From contig NTJS01000005.1 of the NCBI GenBank assembly GCA_002457155.1, positions 1,694-65,693 of the forward strand: 64,000 nucleotides of DNA, given 5' to 3'. The notes beneath the pieces are model-generated. The model saw only the letters and a program-made list of their open reading frames with translations, made no database searches and was not told where the DNA came from. Position numbers and translations under genes: made by a program. Numbering within the stretch: position 1 is the first letter of the stretch; each line of letters opens with the position of its first letter. Below, piece by piece: positions 63,043 through 64,000 of this stretch. The stretch is from Marine Group II euryarchaeote MED-G35. Its GTDB lineage: Archaea > Thermoplasmatota > Poseidoniia > Poseidoniales > Thalassarchaeaceae.

Positions 63043-64000
63043 ATGACTGACGAGAACATGTACTATCGAATGATGGGCAATACCGGTATTCAGGTCTCTG
63101 TCCTCTCATACGGGTTCTGGGCCACATACGGAATCAAGGACAGGCTATCCGGCGATGAGGGTGTTAAGACCGCTAAAGAACTGATGAGTATGGTTCGCAA
63201 TAATGGGGTGAACTGCTTCGATCATGCAGAGGCTTACGGTAACCCAATCGGGGAGGCTGAGAGGATTTTCGGAATAGCACTGAAGGAACTCCAGGAGGAG
63301 GACTCGGAACTATGGCGTCGCTCGGACTTGGTCATAACAACCAAGACATTCTGGGGAGGCTCCGGGGTAAACGAATCCGGTCTTTCAATGAAACACTGCA
63401 GAGAGGGTCTGGATGCATCACTATCTCGCCTACAGCTTGACTACGTGGACTTGCTTTTCTGCCATAGGCCAGACCCACACACTCCTACCTCAACCGTTGT
63501 AAGATCCATGACGCAGATGGTTCGCTCTGGAAGGGCCACTGCATGGGGAACCAGTGAGTGGTCCGCCCAGCAGATTACCGAGGCCTTCTGGATAGCCAGG
63601 AGCGAGGGGCTAGAACCACCTCAGTTCGAGCAACCACAGTACAATATGCTGCACCGGGATAGATTCGAGAACGAGTATTTTCCGATGTTCAACCCGCCGT
63701 ACAATATAGGCACCACAATATGGAGTCCACTGAGGTCTGGTTTCCTTACGGGCAAGTACCTGGATGGTATTCCAGATGACTCGAGAGCAACACAGGAGGG
63801 ATACGAATGGCTTCTAGAAGATCTAGAGGAAAGGAGGGTAAAGGGCGAGTTCGAAGTGGTCGCAAAACTCGTTGAATATGCGGACAAGGTAGATTGTTCC
63901 CCTGCTCAGCTTGCGCTTGCCTGGTGCTTGAAGAATCCAAACGTCTCGACCATCTTGATGGGGGCAACAACCCCTGTACAGATTGAAGACAACATGGGGT
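63043..64000 (+). CDS. Aldo/keto reductase (Kv-beta-like subfamily), 3' end beyond window
   Basis: Absent from the ORF track because there is no stop codon in the window. My translation from ATG 63043 gives MTDENMYYRMMGNTGIQVSVLSYGFWATYG..., then DHAEAYG, EPPQFEQPQYNMLHRDRFE and LALAWCLKNPNVSTILMGATT. Confidence 0.85.
   Translation, partial: MTDENMYYRMMGNTGIQVSVLSYGFWATYGIKDRLSGDEGVKTAKELMSMVRNNGVNCFDHAEAYGNPIGEAERIFGIALKELQEEDSELWRRSDLVITTKTFWGGSGVNESGLSMKHCREGLDASLSRLQLDYVDLLFCHRPDPHTPTSTVVRSMTQMVRSGRATAWGTSEWSAQQITEAFWIARSEGLEPPQFEQPQYNMLHRDRFENEYFPMFNPPYNIGTTIWSPLRSGFLTGKYLDGIPDDSRATQEGYEWLLEDLEERRVKGEFEVVAKLVEYADKVDCSPAQLALAWCLKNPNVSTILMGATTPVQIEDNMG

Overview
Gene-dense chromosomal segment that reads as archaeal. 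No rRNA genes, CRISPR arrays, transposases, integrases or recognisable defence genes were seen.

**Why archaeal:**
- RNA polymerase subunit K/Rpo6.
- The archaeal ADH-synthase / DHQ-synthase-II route into shikimate, with a GHMP-type shikimate kinase.
- A Gar1-like protein.
- tRNA-Gln with an A1:U72 pair.
- tRNAs with encoded CCA.

**Likely organism (inference only):** an aerobic, heterotrophic, planktonic Thermoplasmatota, Marine Group II / Poseidoniales-like. The basis is housekeeping and aerobic metabolism genes combined with bacterial-type GpsA and thiolase and several giant acidic surface proteins. The metabolic genes are aconitase, two-subunit 2-oxoacid:ferredoxin oxidoreductase, heme A synthase, heme O synthase and flavodoxin.

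**Content:**
- About 45 CDS and 3 tRNAs: a tandem Leu-CAG/Leu-UAG pair and Gln-CUG.
- A MoxR-DUF58 module.
- A 4-gene shikimate operon with overlapping stops and starts.
- A MacB-like ABC exporter.
- A PhnC/PhnE-type ABC importer.
- Roughly 19-20 kb encodes C-terminally anchored surface proteins built from S8/kexin protease, RCC1, FG-GAP, thrombospondin-type-3 and Cys-rich modules.

**Most interesting observation:** the binding protein of the PhnCE-type importer is not an ordinary PhnD. By eye it matches vertebrate transferrin lobes block for block. All four Fe3+ ligand positions and the carbonate-binding Thr are present. It lies next to a perfect 16-bp palindrome with TTAGG/CCTAA arms and near a flavodoxin gene.

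**Other notable items:**
- A Gar1-like protein with a eukaryote-like Gly/Arg tail.
- A retropepsin-DUF3592-like membrane protein, also with an RGG tail.
- A kexin-like convertase with a P domain.
- A Nudix-MBL fusion.

All family calls come from reading motifs by eye. No searches were run.
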